From: an uncultured Alphaproteobacteria bacterium
GTDB lineage: Bacteria > Pseudomonadota > Alphaproteobacteria > Caulobacterales > Caulobacteraceae
NCBI GenBank assembly: GCA_903909375.1
Contig: CAIVVM010000049.1
Location: 16,568-80,567, forward strand
Reading direction: 5' to 3'
DNA length: 64,000 bases
Shown: in pieces, positions 40,465 to 51,114 of the stretch
Position numbering within the stretch: position 1 is the first letter of the stretch
How the letters are laid out: each line of letters opens with the position of its first letter
The notes under the pieces: generated by a model
The model's database searches: none
What the model was told of the DNA's origin: nothing
The model's input: only the letters and a program-made list of their open reading frames with translations
Program-made: the position numbers and the translations under genes

Positions 40465-41682
40465 CTAGCCCTCGTCGCCGGCCACAAGTCGCACCGGTGG
40501 GGTCTCGCCGGCGGGCAGTTTGGTCAGCGGCCGCACGGCACTGTCCAGCGGCTCCAGCACGGCGACGGTTTTGCCCTGATGGTCGACCTTGAGGTCTTCG
40601 AAGCGGCGCGCCTGGGTCAGCACCTGGGCTTCCAGAGAGCCTACGAACTGATTGTAGCGGCCAACCGCCGTCTGCAACGCCTTGCCCATGGCATCGGCAT
40701 GGCCGCCCATAACGGCGATGCGCTTGTAGAGTTCACGCCCCAGCTCGGCGATCTTCTGGGCGTTGGCGGCCTGCTCCTCGACGCGCCAGCCGTAGACCAC
40801 GGCCTTGCACAGCGCGAACAGGGTGGACGGGGTGACGATCACCACCCGCTTGTCCATGGCCTCATTCATCAGGTTAGGCTCGCGGTCGAGCGCGGCGGCC
40901 AGGGCGGAGTCCAGCGGCACGAACATGGCCACGAAGTCCGGCGAAGCATCGAACTGGTCCCAGTAAGCCTTGGCCGACAGGCCCGAGATGTGGCTGCGCA
41001 CGCTCTGCACGTGACGGATCCCGGCGGCGTCGCGAGCGAAGTCGTCCGCGGCTTCCTGGATTTCGAGGAAGGCGTTAAGCGAGCACTTGGCGTCGATGAC
41101 GAACAGAGCCCCGCCCGGCAGGCGCACGGTTACATCAGGCCGGCGGCGACCTTCGTCGGTGTCGGTGGAGGTCTGTTCGTCGAAGTCGTAGCGGTTGGTA
41201 AGGCCCGCGGCCTCCAGCACATTGCGCAGGGTCTGCTCCCCCCACCGACCCTGCACGCCGGCGCCGCGCCGCAGGGCGCTGGAGAGTTTGCGAGCTTCAT
41301 CCTGGGTGGCGGTGGCCGCCTGCAGCATCTGGGCGATCTGTTCCTTAAGGCCGCCGGTCTCTTCCGCCCGCTGCTTCTCTACGGCCGTCACCTGCTCCTG
41401 GAACTTCAGCAGGGTGTCGGCGACGGGCTTGAGTTGCGCCTCCAGCCGGGCCTGGGCCAGCTGCTCGCGGCCCCGCACCGCCTCATCGTTCTTGCGCAGG
41501 ATCTCCTCGGCGACGCTGGTGGCCGACTGGGTCAACTGGGTTCGCACCAGCTCGCCCTGTTCCTGATAGAGCTCCAGCCTGAGCTCGGCCGCCGCCGCCC
41601 GACCGCGTTCACGCAGAGCCCAGGCGATGGCGATCGCGGCGGCCAGAGCCAGCAAAATGATCATCAGCAGCATCAGGTTCAT
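40465..41682 (-). CDS. rmuC: DNA recombination protein RmuC
   Basis: N-terminal TM and coiled coil; GRWGEQTL, RPDVTVRLP, IDAKC and DFVAMFVP. Confidence 0.93.
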   Translation of the reverse strand: MNLMLLMIILLALAAAIAIAWALRERGRAAAAELRLELYQEQGELVRTQLTQSATSVAEEILRKNDEAVRGREQLAQARLEAQLKPVADTLLKFQEQVTAVEKQRAEETGGLKEQIAQMLQAATATQDEARKLSSALRRGAGVQGRWGEQTLRNVLEAAGLTNRYDFDEQTSTDTDEGRRRPDVTVRLPGGALFVIDAKCSLNAFLEIQEAADDFARDAAGIRHVQSVRSHISGLSAKAYWDQFDASPDFVAMFVPLDSALAAALDREPNLMNEAMDKRVVIVTPSTLFALCKAVVYGWRVEEQAANAQKIAELGRELYKRIAVMGGHADAMGKALQTAVGRYNQFVGSLEAQVLTQARRFEDLKVDHQGKTVAVLEPLDSAVRPLTKLPAGETPPVRLVAGDEG

Positions 41683-41757
41683 GCTGTGTTCCTAGCGACT
41701 TAGGTGAGTCGGGACCAGCCGTGTCAGTGTCCGCGAAAAGGGGATCGGGGGAACACC

Positions 41758-43002
41758 ATGACTACGGAAACGGCGGCGAAGCCGCTGCGCGAGGCTTTCA
41801 GCCCATTCATAGTGCCGCTGCTCGCGGCGGCGGTGTTCATCAACTATGTGGACCGGGGCGGTCTGGCCACCGCCGCGCCGCTGATCAAGGACGAACTCGC
41901 CCTTACCTCGACCCAGATCGGGATCCTGATCTCGGCCTTCTTCTGGACCTATACGCCGGGGCTCGTCCTCTCCGGCTGGATGGCCGATCGTTTCAACGCC
42001 TACAAGACCCTGGCCGCCGGTCTGGCGATCTGGTCGCTGGCGACCTTCTTCAGCGGCTTCGCGGCAGGTTTCGTGGCCCTGCTGATGCTACGTTTGCTCC
42101 TGGGGGTCGGCGAGAGCGCCGCCTTTCCGGTCAGTTCGACCCTGATCGCGCGGCATGTGCCGGCAGCCCGCCTGGGCGCTGCCAACGGCCTGATCATCGT
42201 CGGCCTTTCCCTCGGGCCGGCGGTTGGCATCTTCTTCGGCGGACACCTGATGGAGACGCTTGGCTGGCGTGGGGTCTTCATCATGTTCGGCGCCATCTCA
42301 CTGCTCTGGCTTGTGCCCTGGCTGTTGGTGACGGGCAGGCTCACGGACCGCGGCGCCGCAGATCATGAGCCGGGCGCGGGGCCGTCCTTTCCGGATATCT
42401 TCCGGCGCCCGGAGCTTTGGGGGGCCAGCCTTGGCCACTTCTCGGTCAACTTCGCCTTCTACTTCGTTGTCTCATGGATCCCGCTCTACCTTGTGAAGTC
42501 GCAGGGCTACACGCTGGGAGAAATGGCCAATGTCGGCGGCGGCCTCTACCTGGTCTATGCGGCGGGTTCGTTCCTGAGCGGCTGGCTTTCAGACCGCTGG
42601 ATCGCGACCGGCGCGACGCCAAACCGGGCCCGCAAGACCATCTTTGTGTGCGCCCATCTTGTCACCGCCGCCGGGCTGCTGGCCTGCGCCTATGTGGCGC
42701 CGCAGTTGGCGATCGGATGCCTGTTCGTCGTCGCCTTCGCCCTGGGCGCTGTGGGTCCGCACATTTTCGCGACCGGACAGACGCTGGCCGGACCCAAGGC
42801 GGCGGGCAAGTGGATAGGGGTGCAGAACGGCTGGGCCAACTTCGCCGGCATTCTGGGACCGATCATCACCGGCATGATTGTTGACAGCACGGGGAGTTTC
42901 CAAGCCGCCTTCATCGTCACGGCGGCGGGCGCCTTGCTGGGCGTCGCAGGTTGGGGCCTGATGATCCGGAAGATCGAGCCGGTCCCCTGGAAGGCGGCCT
43001 AG
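41758..43002 (+). CDS. MFS transporter (ACS/anion-cation symporter-like)
   Basis: INYVDRGGL, motif A GWMADRFN and RLLLGVGES; about 12 TM segments. Confidence 0.9.
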   Translation: MTTETAAKPLREAFSPFIVPLLAAAVFINYVDRGGLATAAPLIKDELALTSTQIGILISAFFWTYTPGLVLSGWMADRFNAYKTLAAGLAIWSLATFFSGFAAGFVALLMLRLLLGVGESAAFPVSSTLIARHVPAARLGAANGLIIVGLSLGPAVGIFFGGHLMETLGWRGVFIMFGAISLLWLVPWLLVTGRLTDRGAADHEPGAGPSFPDIFRRPELWGASLGHFSVNFAFYFVVSWIPLYLVKSQGYTLGEMANVGGGLYLVYAAGSFLSGWLSDRWIATGATPNRARKTIFVCAHLVTAAGLLACAYVAPQLAIGCLFVVAFALGAVGPHIFATGQTLAGPKAAGKWIGVQNGWANFAGILGPIITGMIVDSTGSFQAAFIVTAAGALLGVAGWGLMIRKIEPVPWKAA

Positions 43003-43601
43003 GCCGGTCGTCGTGCGCGGATGGCGTGGGCGATGGTGCCGTCGTCCAGCCAGTCCAGCTCACCGCCGACAGGAACGCCTCGCGCCATCATCGAGACCGA
43101 GACGTTACATCCGCCCAGCCGCTCGGCCAGATAGTGCGCCGTGGTCTGGCCGTCGACCGTGGCTGGCAGGGCCAGGATCACCTCGGAGGTTTGGTCGCGC
43201 GAGGCGCGCTCCATCAGGTCGTCGACGCGTAGAGCCTCCGGCCCCACACCCTCCAGCGCGGAGAGCAGACCGCTCAGCACGTGATATCGTCCGCGAAACG
43301 CCGCGGCGCGCTCCATCGCCCAGAGCGCGCCAACATCTTCGACAACGCAGATAAGGGCGTCGTCGCGGCTCCAGTCGGCGCAGATGGCGCAGGGGTTCTG
43401 GGTGTCCAGCGAGCCGCACTCCTCGCAGGTCTGCACCAGCCGCGCCGCTTCGCTGAGGGCGTCGGCCAGCGGGACCAGCAACTGATCGCGCCGCTTGAGC
43501 AGCGCCAGCGCCGCACGACGAGCGGAGCGGCGCCCCAGTCCTGGAATCTTGGCCAGCAGCGTGACCAGGCGTTCGATCTCTGGTCCGGCGGACGCGGCCA
43601 T
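42999..43601 (-). CDS. recR: Recombination mediator RecR
   Basis: [10 protein letters not shown], zinc finger CEEC...CAIC, Toprim CVVED and [10 protein letters not shown]. Confidence 0.96.
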   Translation of the reverse strand: MAASAGPEIERLVTLLAKIPGLGRRSARRAALALLKRRDQLLVPLADALSEAARLVQTCEECGSLDTQNPCAICADWSRDDALICVVEDVGALWAMERAAAFRGRYHVLSGLLSALEGVGPEALRVDDLMERASRDQTSEVILALPATVDGQTTAHYLAERLGGCNVSVSMMARGVPVGGELDWLDDGTIAHAIRARRPA

Positions 43602-43602
43602 C

Positions 43603-43926
43603 TCAGAACTTCGGCATGCCGGGAATGTTCATGCCGGCCAGCGGCCCGGCCGCCTCGCGCATCAGTTCGCCCTGGGCGGCGTCCAGCTTCCGCTTGGCGT
43701 CGGCGTGGGCGGCGACCATCAGATCGGCCACCACTTCTCCCTCGCCCGGCGCCATGAGACCGGGATCAAGCTCGACGCGCGCCAGTTCGCCCGATCCGCG
43801 CAGCACCAGTTTCACCATGCCGCCGCCGGACGTGCCCTCCACCTCGATAGCGGCAATCCGTTCCTGCGCATCGGCCATCCGCTGCTGCATGGCCTGGGCC
43901 TGTTTCATCAGGGCATTGATGTCCAT
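43603..43926 (-). CDS. ybaB: Nucleoid-associated protein YbaB/EbfC
   Basis: MKQAQAMQ and GTSGGGMVK; located between dnaX and recR. Confidence 0.95.
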   Translation of the reverse strand: MDINALMKQAQAMQQRMADAQERIAAIEVEGTSGGGMVKLVLRGSGELARVELDPGLMAPGEGEVVADLMVAAHADAKRKLDAAQGELMREAAGPLAGMNIPGMPKF

Positions 43927-43932
43927 CAGCCG

Positions 43933-45753
43933 TTACTCCTCGTCATCATCGTCGACCTCGGTCGGGGCCACGCCCTCGATCGCCGGGGTCGGCGTCAGGT
44001 TACGGACGCCGATGATCTCGGCGCCGGGAAAGGCTTCCATCACGGAGCGGACGAAGGGGTCCTGCTCGATCTCGGCGCGGACCTCGCGCTGCTCGCGCCG
44101 TTGTTTCTCCCAGGCGCTTTCGGCGCCGCCGCCGCCTTGCGCGGCGATCAGCCAGCGCTCGCCGGTCCACTCCTTCAGCCTCGCCACCAGCCGCTGGGCC
44201 AGATTGACGGGCGCGCCGGGGCCAGGTTCATACTCGATGGCGCCCTGCCGGAAGCTGATGGGACGGATGTAGCGCTCCACATCCATCTTCAATGTCACAT
44301 CCCGTCGACGGTCGATAAGCGCCAGCAGGTCCTCGAAGGTGTTCAGGACTGCGGCTGGCTCCGGAGAAGGCGGGGCCGACGGCATAGGCTGGCGGGCCAC
44401 CGCATTTGTGGCGCTGCGCGATGCAACGCCCCCGCCGCCCCCGCCCCCGCCGCCGGCCGGGCCGCCGCCGAGCGGCCCGGCGCCCGGAAGTTCACCGGCC
44501 TGCAGCCGCTTCAAAGCCTCCTCCGGCCCCGGCAGGTCGGCCGCATAGGCCAGCCGGATCAGGGCCATGTCCACCGCCGCAGCCGCATCGGGCGCGCGCC
44601 GCACCTCCTCATAGGCCTTCAGCGTCAATTGCCAGATGCGCGAGAGGGTCCCGGCCGATACCGCCGCCCCGACAGCGGCCAGTCTCCCTGCCTGTTCCCG
44701 CGGCAGCACCAGCGCCTGCGGACCGATGGCCTTGGCGACAGATGCGCCATGGGTGTGGTCCAGCAGGTCCATCACCACCTGATCGGGATTGGCGCCATAG
44801 CCATAGAGCGCGCGGAAGGTTTCAATGGCGGCGCCGGCTTCGCCGCGCATGATCTGTTCAAACAGCGAAATGGTCTGGGCGCGGTCGGCCAGCCCCAGCA
44901 TGTCGCGGATCGAGGCAGCGGTGACGGTGACGCCCGGATCAGCCTGGACGATGGCCTGGTCCAGCATCGACTGACCGTCGCGGACCGAGCCCTCGGCGGC
45001 GCGGGCGATCAGCATCAGGCCCTCGGCCTCGACGCGGGCGCCCTCGTTCTCGCAGATCATCTCGAGATTCTTGACCAGCACATCGGGCTCCACCCGGCGC
45101 AGGTCGAACCGCTGGGTCCGCGACAGGATGGTCACCGGCACCTTGCGGATCTCGGTGGTGGCGAAGATGAACTTCGCGTGCGGCGGCGGCTCTTCCAGCG
45201 TCTTCAGCAGCGCGTTGAACGCGCCGGTCGACAGCATGTGCACTTCGTCGATGATGTAGACCTTGAAGCGGGCCTCCACCGGCGAATAGCGCACGCCTTC
45301 CAGCAGGTCGCGGATGTCGCCCACACCGGTGCGCGAGGCGGCGTCCAGCTCCAGCACATCCATATGCCGCCCCTCGATGATCGAGCGGCAGTGGATGCCC
45401 TCCTCGTGGAAATCGAGGGTGGGCGTGTCAACCGTGGCGGTCTGGAAATTCAGAGCGCGGGCCAGCAGGCGCGCGGTGGTGGTCTTGCCGACCCCGCGCA
45501 CGCCGGTCAGCATGAAGGCATGTGCGATCCGACCCGAGGCGAAGGCGTTGCGCAGGGTGCGCACCATGGCTTCCTGACCATAGAGATCGTCGAAGGTCTG
45601 GGGCCGGTACTTCCGCGCGATGACGGTATAGGCGGCGCTGTCCATGGTGGGCGCAGGCGGGGCGCCAACCGGCGCATCGCCGAACATGTCGCCCGTGTTC
45701 GGGTCACGCTCGGGAGGCTCAAGGTCGTCGCGGGGAAAGTCTTCGTCGCCCAT
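43933..45753 (-). CDS. dnaX: DNA polymerase III subunit gamma/tau
   Basis: YTVIARKYRPQTF, GVRGVGKTT, IIDEVHML and FATTE; start at MGDEDF (45753). Confidence 0.95.
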   Translation of the reverse strand: MGDEDFPRDDLEPPERDPNTGDMFGDAPVGAPPAPTMDSAAYTVIARKYRPQTFDDLYGQEAMVRTLRNAFASGRIAHAFMLTGVRGVGKTTTARLLARALNFQTATVDTPTLDFHEEGIHCRSIIEGRHMDVLELDAASRTGVGDIRDLLEGVRYSPVEARFKVYIIDEVHMLSTGAFNALLKTLEEPPPHAKFIFATTEIRKVPVTILSRTQRFDLRRVEPDVLVKNLEMICENEGARVEAEGLMLIARAAEGSVRDGQSMLDQAIVQADPGVTVTAASIRDMLGLADRAQTISLFEQIMRGEAGAAIETFRALYGYGANPDQVVMDLLDHTHGASVAKAIGPQALVLPREQAGRLAAVGAAVSAGTLSRIWQLTLKAYEEVRRAPDAAAAVDMALIRLAYAADLPGPEEALKRLQAGELPGAGPLGGGPAGGGGGGGGGVASRSATNAVARQPMPSAPPSPEPAAVLNTFEDLLALIDRRRDVTLKMDVERYIRPISFRQGAIEYEPGPGAPVNLAQRLVARLKEWTGERWLIAAQGGGGAESAWEKQRREQREVRAEIEQDPFVRSVMEAFPGAEIIGVRNLTPTPAIEGVAPTEVDDDDEE

Positions 45754-45817
45754 GGCCCCATTTAAGTGAACGGCCAACCTCCGCGCCACGCGAAAATTGA
45801 AAAGTCTGGGGAAAGGT

Positions 45818-45911
45818 GGAGACCGAACGACGACCCGGAGCGAAACTCGTTGTGGCTGCTGCCTTCCGGCCCTGACCAGGTTGGCGAGGCGTCCGCCCGT
45901 CGCCGATCTCC
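45818..45911 (-). ncRNA. ffs: Signal recognition particle RNA (4.5S)
   Basis: Minus strand reads GGAGATCGGCGACGGG...CCTGGTCAGGGCCGGAAGGCAGCAGCC...GGTCTCC, with the GGAA tetraloop, the CAGG/AGCA internal loops and paired termini; canonical position upstream of dnaX. Confidence 0.93.
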
Positions 45912-45965
45912 GCCGGGGCATATGGCGGATCGGAGGGCCGTCGGCAAGAGGCAGCCCAAGCGCGG

Positions 45966-47264
45966 CTACCCCCCGGCGTTCCTCGCCACGTCGCGCTTCG
46001 TCCACCGTCCGGCCAGAACGAACGCCGGGATCGCCAGGGCCGAGATGGCGGTGAACACCAGCACGGAGGCCGTGTAGGGTTGGGCTGTTCCTGCCTCCCG
46101 GAACTGGTCGATGGCCCAGCCGGCTCCGGTGATGCCTATACCCAGGCCGACAACGTTCAGGCAGAGGATGTAGAAGGCGGTGACGGTTGCACGGGCGCCG
46201 GGCGGCGCCAGTTCCTGTACGGTCGAGAAGGTCGGGCCATAGAACGCCGCCAACTGGAAGATGCCGATCCCCATGCCGATGAAAAAGACCGGTGAATCCG
46301 CCGGGACTACGCGGTAGGCCAGAGCCAGTGGCATCGTCACCAGGATCAGCAGCGCGAGCATCATTGGGCGCCCGGATTTCATCCTCTGCTGCCACCAGTC
46401 GCCGATGAAGCCGCCAAACAGATTCCCAGCGACGCCGGCGACTACCGTGATGTAGCCGGCCAGCTGCGCGATGTGCGCCCTTTCGAAACCACGCTCGGCG
46501 ACAAACCAGAGCTGGTCGAACTGGGCCGCGCCGATGCCGATGTGGAGCGCCACTCCGCCGCACATGGTGGCGACGAGCGCGGGTGAGCGCTTCAGGGCGT
46601 CGCCAAGAAGGCGGGTCTGCACCAGGAATCCAGGACCCTTTGCATGTTGGGCTTCGCGCTTCGGGCGCGGGTCGCGGACGAACAGGAAGGCCAGGGCCAG
46701 GACCAATCCCACCGCACCCAGCACATAGAAACAATTCCGCCAGCCGATCGCCGGGCCGAGGTAGCCCGCGATCAGCAGACCGGCGCCGGTGCCGATGGGT
46801 ACGCCCATGTAGTAGATGGCGCTGGCCAGCCCCATGCGCGAAGTGTGAACCCGGTCCGCGAGCAGCGACATGGCCGAGGGCGTCAACGCCGACTCGCCGA
46901 TACCGATCAGAGCGCGCGGAATCGCCAGCGAGATGAACCCGCGCGCCATGCCCGAAACTGCGGTCAGAACGCTCCAGACCGCAACGGCCCCGGCGATCAG
47001 CCGAGGACGGTGCGAAAGATCCGCCAACATGCCCATGAACAGGCCCGCCACCGCATAGAAGACCAGAAACACCAGTCCCGTCAGCAAGCCGAACTGAGTG
47101 TCGGTCAGGTTGAGCTCGGGCTTCAGGAAGTTGGCGAAACTGGCCAGCAGGTTGCGGTCGACGAAGTTCAGCGCGTTGGTGACCGTCAGCAGGGCGAGCA
47201 ATCCCACCGGCAGAGCCGCCGCGGTGGTCGCCGATGGTGGCGGTGTTGTCGTCTTGTCGCTCAT
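45966..47264 (-). CDS. MFS transporter (spinster-like)
   Basis: LNFVDRNLL, GMLADLSHRPR and RALIGIGES; start at MSDKTT. Confidence 0.88.
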   Translation of the reverse strand: MSDKTTTPPPSATTAAALPVGLLALLTVTNALNFVDRNLLASFANFLKPELNLTDTQFGLLTGLVFLVFYAVAGLFMGMLADLSHRPRLIAGAVAVWSVLTAVSGMARGFISLAIPRALIGIGESALTPSAMSLLADRVHTSRMGLASAIYYMGVPIGTGAGLLIAGYLGPAIGWRNCFYVLGAVGLVLALAFLFVRDPRPKREAQHAKGPGFLVQTRLLGDALKRSPALVATMCGGVALHIGIGAAQFDQLWFVAERGFERAHIAQLAGYITVVAGVAGNLFGGFIGDWWQQRMKSGRPMMLALLILVTMPLALAYRVVPADSPVFFIGMGIGIFQLAAFYGPTFSTVQELAPPGARATVTAFYILCLNVVGLGIGITGAGWAIDQFREAGTAQPYTASVLVFTAISALAIPAFVLAGRWTKRDVARNAGG

Positions 47265-47433
47265 GAACTGTTCCCCCTGGGTCGGCCCATGACACTTGCG
47301 GTCACATGGCCAACGCGCTGCCCTGCGGTACTCAAACAGAAGTCTGGCCACAGAGCACGCGGGAATCGCGGGGGCTTGCGCCTGACCTTCGACCTGACCC
47401 AAGATCGTCGTCAGAAAACCCTGGGGGCAGCAG

Positions 47434-47856
47434 ATGATCAGACAATCCATGTGCGCGGTGCTTGCGCTCAGCGCTACGCTTTCAGTCGCGAACGCGGCAC
47501 TGGCCCAGATGGTGGTGACGCCCGAGGTGGCGTTGAGATTCCTGGACGCCAATAAGGACGGGATGGTGACGCTCAACGATTATCTGAATGTCCAGATGCC
47601 GAAGATGACAGCCGGTGATCTCGATCAGAATGGCGAGCTGACCTACAAGGAGTTCAAGGAAACCCTGGAAGGCCGCGCCAGGACGAATGCCGAACAGAGT
47701 TTCAGGGCCTTCAACCGCGATGGTCGCGAGCGCACCATGAACCAGCGCGATTTCCTGAACTATCACGCCTACGTTTTCACCGGCATTCTCGATGGCGACA
47801 AGGACGGGTTCCTGACCGCGGACGAACTCGGCAAGGTCATGAGCCGCGACAGGTAA
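47434..47856 (+). CDS. Secreted EF-hand domain protein
   Basis: Signal peptide; loops DANKDGMVTLNDY, DLDQNGELTYKEF and DGDKDGFLTADEL. Confidence 0.8.
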   Translation: MIRQSMCAVLALSATLSVANAALAQMVVTPEVALRFLDANKDGMVTLNDYLNVQMPKMTAGDLDQNGELTYKEFKETLEGRARTNAEQSFRAFNRDGRERTMNQRDFLNYHAYVFTGILDGDKDGFLTADELGKVMSRDR

Positions 47857-47928
47857 GTCGGGCTTGATCGCGATCAACGCCGTCTGCGATGGGATGACGT
47901 GGGCGCTGGGTCGCACTATGAACATCCC

Positions 47929-48855
47929 ATGGCTCTCTCCTTCTTCCAGAACACCTTCGCCGGAAATCCCCTGAATCGCGCCAGCGAGCGACGGGGCGAC
48001 GCGGAATGGCTTGCCGAACAGCTGCAGTCGCCCGACAGCCTCGGGCTGGCGCTGTGGAACGGCAAACCCCTCATCGAGAAAACCAAGGACGGTGGCGCCC
48101 AGATCGCCTACCTGCCGGCGAAGCTGGTGGGTGAGCTGGCGGGCGGCCCCGAGCGGCTGCTGTTCATGGGCCTCTGGAAGGACACAGCCATCTTTGCCCT
48201 CGACATGGAGGGAACCGCCGATCCCGCACAGGGACCCCTGCAGGGTCTGGGCGAGTTCAAGGATCTCCGGCAGGTCGCCATGCAGCTTCCGGGCACGGAG
48301 GCCGCGATCTGCGGGACCGCCAAACAGATGTTCGAGTGGCGCCGGCGTCACGGCTATTGCGCCGCCTGTGGTCAGCCCAGCGAGGCGGTGGACGGCGGCT
48401 GGAAGCGCAAGTGCCCGTCGTGCCAGGTCGAACATTTCCCGCGCACCGATCCCGTCGTGATCATGCTGGCCTATCACGGCGAGCGTTGCATGCTGGGGCG
48501 CCAGGAGATCTGGCCCGCCGGGATGTTCTCGGCCCTTGCCGGCTTCCTGGAGCCGGGCGAATCCATTGAGGAAGCCTGTGCTCGCGAACTGAACGAGGAA
48601 GCCGGTCTGCGCACCCGCCAGGTGCGGTATCACTCCACCCAGCCCTGGCCCTATCCGTCATCCCTGATGATCGGCCTGATCGCGGAGGTGGAAGACGACG
48701 AGGGCACGCCGGATCAGACCGAGCTCAGCGAAGTCCGCTGGTTCACCCGCGCCGAGGCTCGCGCCCTGATCGCTGGCCAGATCGAAGCCACCTTCGCGCC
48801 GGGGCCTTTGGCGATCGCTCACCAGCTCATCAAGGCCTGGGCTGAGGAAGCGTAG
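47929..48855 (+). CDS. nudC: NAD(+)/NADH diphosphatase NudC
   Basis: Zinc finger CAAC...CPSC, FPRTDP, Nudix box GFLEPGESIEEACARELNEEAG and QPWPYP. Confidence 0.93.
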   Translation: MALSFFQNTFAGNPLNRASERRGDAEWLAEQLQSPDSLGLALWNGKPLIEKTKDGGAQIAYLPAKLVGELAGGPERLLFMGLWKDTAIFALDMEGTADPAQGPLQGLGEFKDLRQVAMQLPGTEAAICGTAKQMFEWRRRHGYCAACGQPSEAVDGGWKRKCPSCQVEHFPRTDPVVIMLAYHGERCMLGRQEIWPAGMFSALAGFLEPGESIEEACARELNEEAGLRTRQVRYHSTQPWPYPSSLMIGLIAEVEDDEGTPDQTELSEVRWFTRAEARALIAGQIEATFAPGPLAIAHQLIKAWAEEA

Positions 48856-48873
48856 GATTTACCCTGCAGAGGC

Positions 48874-50082
48874 CTACGCCGCGCTGAACGATCCGGCCAA
48901 CGCCTTCGCCAGGTCGCCCTTCGGCTCCACCCGCACGGTCTCCAATCCCAGCCAGCCGGCCATCAGCTTCAATTCGGCGGCCAGTCGAACCGGGGTCAGG
49001 TCGCTCGCCCAGGGTTCGGCGTGAGAGGCTTGCACCAGGAGCACGCCGGCCTTGCGGTCTGCCTTCAGATCCACGCGGGCGGTGATGGCGTCGCCTTCCA
49101 GGAACGGCAGCACATAGTAGCCATGCTGTCGCTTCTCGGCGGGCACATAGATCTCGATCCGGTAGCGCACGCCGAAGATGCGTTCGGTGCGCTCGCGAAA
49201 CCAGATCAGATTGTCGAAGGGCGAGAGGAGGGCGGTCGCCTCGATCTTCCGGGGGCGGCGCGCCGAAGGGTCGAGAAAGGCCGGCTCGGCCCAGCCTTTC
49301 ACGGTCACTGGCTGCAAGGACCCGGCTTCCACCAGTTCTCCGACGCGGGCGCGGGTGTCCTCCACACCCATCCGGAAGTAGTCGCGCAGGTCGCGCATCG
49401 TGGCCACGCCCATGGCGCGGGCTGCGATCCGGATCAGCTGGCGCTGCGCCTCGTCGCGGGACGGGGTGGGGGTATCGACGATGGCCCTGGGCAGCACGCG
49501 GTGCGGTACGTCGTACACCCGCTCGAAGGTTCCGCGCCGGGTAGCGGTGGTGAGTTCTCCGGTCCAGAACAGGCCCTCGACCGCGCGCTTGCCCTCGCTC
49601 CAGCCCCACCAGCCGCCCGCGCCCTTGGCGCCAAGCTCCAGTTCCGAGGCTGACATGGGCCCGCGTGTGGCGATCTCGTCCAGCGCCCGGTCAACGAAGT
49701 CGCGGCGCTCGCGCAGGAAACGCGCGATGCCCTTCCACGCGCCGACACCCTCCAGCGCGTCCGTCATCCGCCAGCGGAACAGCGGTTGAGTGGAGAGCGG
49801 CAGAAGCGAGGCCTCATGCGCCCAGTACTCGAACAGCGGTCGCTTCTTCGACCAGGCGATGTCCTCCAGCATCTCTCGCGGATAGGCGCCCAGGCGCGAG
49901 TAGGCGGGCAGGTAGTGGGTGCGCGACACCACGTTCACGGAATCGATCTGGATCACGCCCAGCCGGTCGACCAGTTGCGTAAGTTGGCGTCGGCTGACGG
50001 GACCCTCGCGTGAGCCCCCGAACCCCTGGGCCCGCAGCGCGACCCGGCGAGCCTCTCCGGCGGTCAATGTATGTGCTGGCAT
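48874..50082 (-). CDS. ycaQ: YcaQ-type winged-helix DNA glycosylase (HTH_42)
   Basis: QxD motif VIQIDSVNVV, FEYWAHEAS, LLSPFDNL, YRIEIYVP and GYYVLPFL. Confidence 0.85.
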   Translation of the reverse strand: MPAHTLTAGEARRVALRAQGFGGSREGPVSRRQLTQLVDRLGVIQIDSVNVVSRTHYLPAYSRLGAYPREMLEDIAWSKKRPLFEYWAHEASLLPLSTQPLFRWRMTDALEGVGAWKGIARFLRERRDFVDRALDEIATRGPMSASELELGAKGAGGWWGWSEGKRAVEGLFWTGELTTATRRGTFERVYDVPHRVLPRAIVDTPTPSRDEAQRQLIRIAARAMGVATMRDLRDYFRMGVEDTRARVGELVEAGSLQPVTVKGWAEPAFLDPSARRPRKIEATALLSPFDNLIWFRERTERIFGVRYRIEIYVPAEKRQHGYYVLPFLEGDAITARVDLKADRKAGVLLVQASHAEPWASDLTPVRLAAELKLMAGWLGLETVRVEPKGDLAKALAGSFSAA

Positions 50083-50140
50083 TGATCCCCCTTAGTGAGC
50101 CGACAGGAGGGCGGTCGTCATCGAACAAAGACCAAAAAAA

Positions 50141-51112
50141 TCAGCTCGCCAACCCCAGCGCATCAATCGCCGCAACCCGCGCTGGCTCCATAGGCCCGGC
50201 GGCCTCTGCGGCCACGCACTGGGCCAGTTCGGCGCGGTTCTTCACGCCCAGAACGATGGTGTCATAGTTGGCGAGGCTCAGCGCATAGTGGTGCGCCACC
50301 TGGGCGGGATCCTCGCCCCAGGCGGCGCAGAGCTCGCGGAATGGGGCGGCGCGAGCGAAGTCGGCATTGTCAGGGCTGTTGGCCGACAGATCGCGGTCTA
50401 CGCCGGAGGTCAGCGCCCCGGCCTGAACCGCGCGGATGCCCATGACGCCCACCCCCCGGGTCCTGGCCGCCGCCGCGATCGCGCGGGGTTGTGGCGCCTC
50501 GGCATAGCGACGCAGCGCGCCGGGGCTATCCATCAGGTTGGCGATCACCTGTACTGCGTCGGGCTTTTGCGCCTGATCCAGCGCGGCGAGGATCGCAGTG
50601 GGCACGCCGATGCCGGTGATCCCCCAGCCGCCGATCCGGCCCTGGGCCTTCAGCTTCAGCATGGCCGGAACAACGTGGCCCTCATAGAGCGACATCGCTG
50701 TCGAGAACGTATCCCGGCGCGCGTTGCCGTGGGCATATTCAAAGCGGTCGGCGTGCAGGTTGGAATGCAGGAAGAAGAGGTCCACCCGCTCCAGCCCCAT
50801 GGTGGCCAGGCTGGCCTCCAGCGAGGCGATCAGACGGGCTTCCACCTCCGCGGCAGGCGGTGTGGCGAGGTAGTGCTTGGTCGTGACCTTGACGCCGGCC
50901 GGAAGTTTGCCGCCAAAGGTCTTGCCGATCAGGGCCTCGCAACTGCCGTAGATCGGCGCTGCATCAAGCACCGTGATCCCGGCATCGATGGCGGCCACGA
51001 CCGTGGCCATCGCCTCCTCGTCGTTGGTCTCGCCCCAGATCTGGCCAATGCCGCCACCGCCCAGGGTCAGCCGACTGACCGGTCCCAGGGATCCCAGTGT
51101 CGAAGTCTGCAT
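50141..51112 (-). CDS. Aldo/keto reductase
   Basis: LTLGGGGIG, LDAAPIYG, SLATMGLERVDLFFLH and IVLGVKNRAEL. Confidence 0.85.
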   Translation of the reverse strand: MQTSTLGSLGPVSRLTLGGGGIGQIWGETNDEEAMATVVAAIDAGITVLDAAPIYGSCEALIGKTFGGKLPAGVKVTTKHYLATPPAAEVEARLIASLEASLATMGLERVDLFFLHSNLHADRFEYAHGNARRDTFSTAMSLYEGHVVPAMLKLKAQGRIGGWGITGIGVPTAILAALDQAQKPDAVQVIANLMDSPGALRRYAEAPQPRAIAAAARTRGVGVMGIRAVQAGALTSGVDRDLSANSPDNADFARAAPFRELCAAWGEDPAQVAHHYALSLANYDTIVLGVKNRAELAQCVAAEAAGPMEPARVAAIDALGLAS

Positions 51113-51114
51113 GC

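Noticed and set aside
43933-45753. Programmed -1 frameshift producing the gamma subunit of dnaX
   Set aside because: No A-AAA-AAG slippery site (CTTTTTT on the + strand) was seen. The poly-Gly linker is ordinary low complexity.
43933-47295. 1120-aa ORF suggesting a giant DnaX fusion
   Set aside because: The upstream part is an off-frame read through the MFS gene and across the SRP RNA; DnaX homology begins only near 45753.
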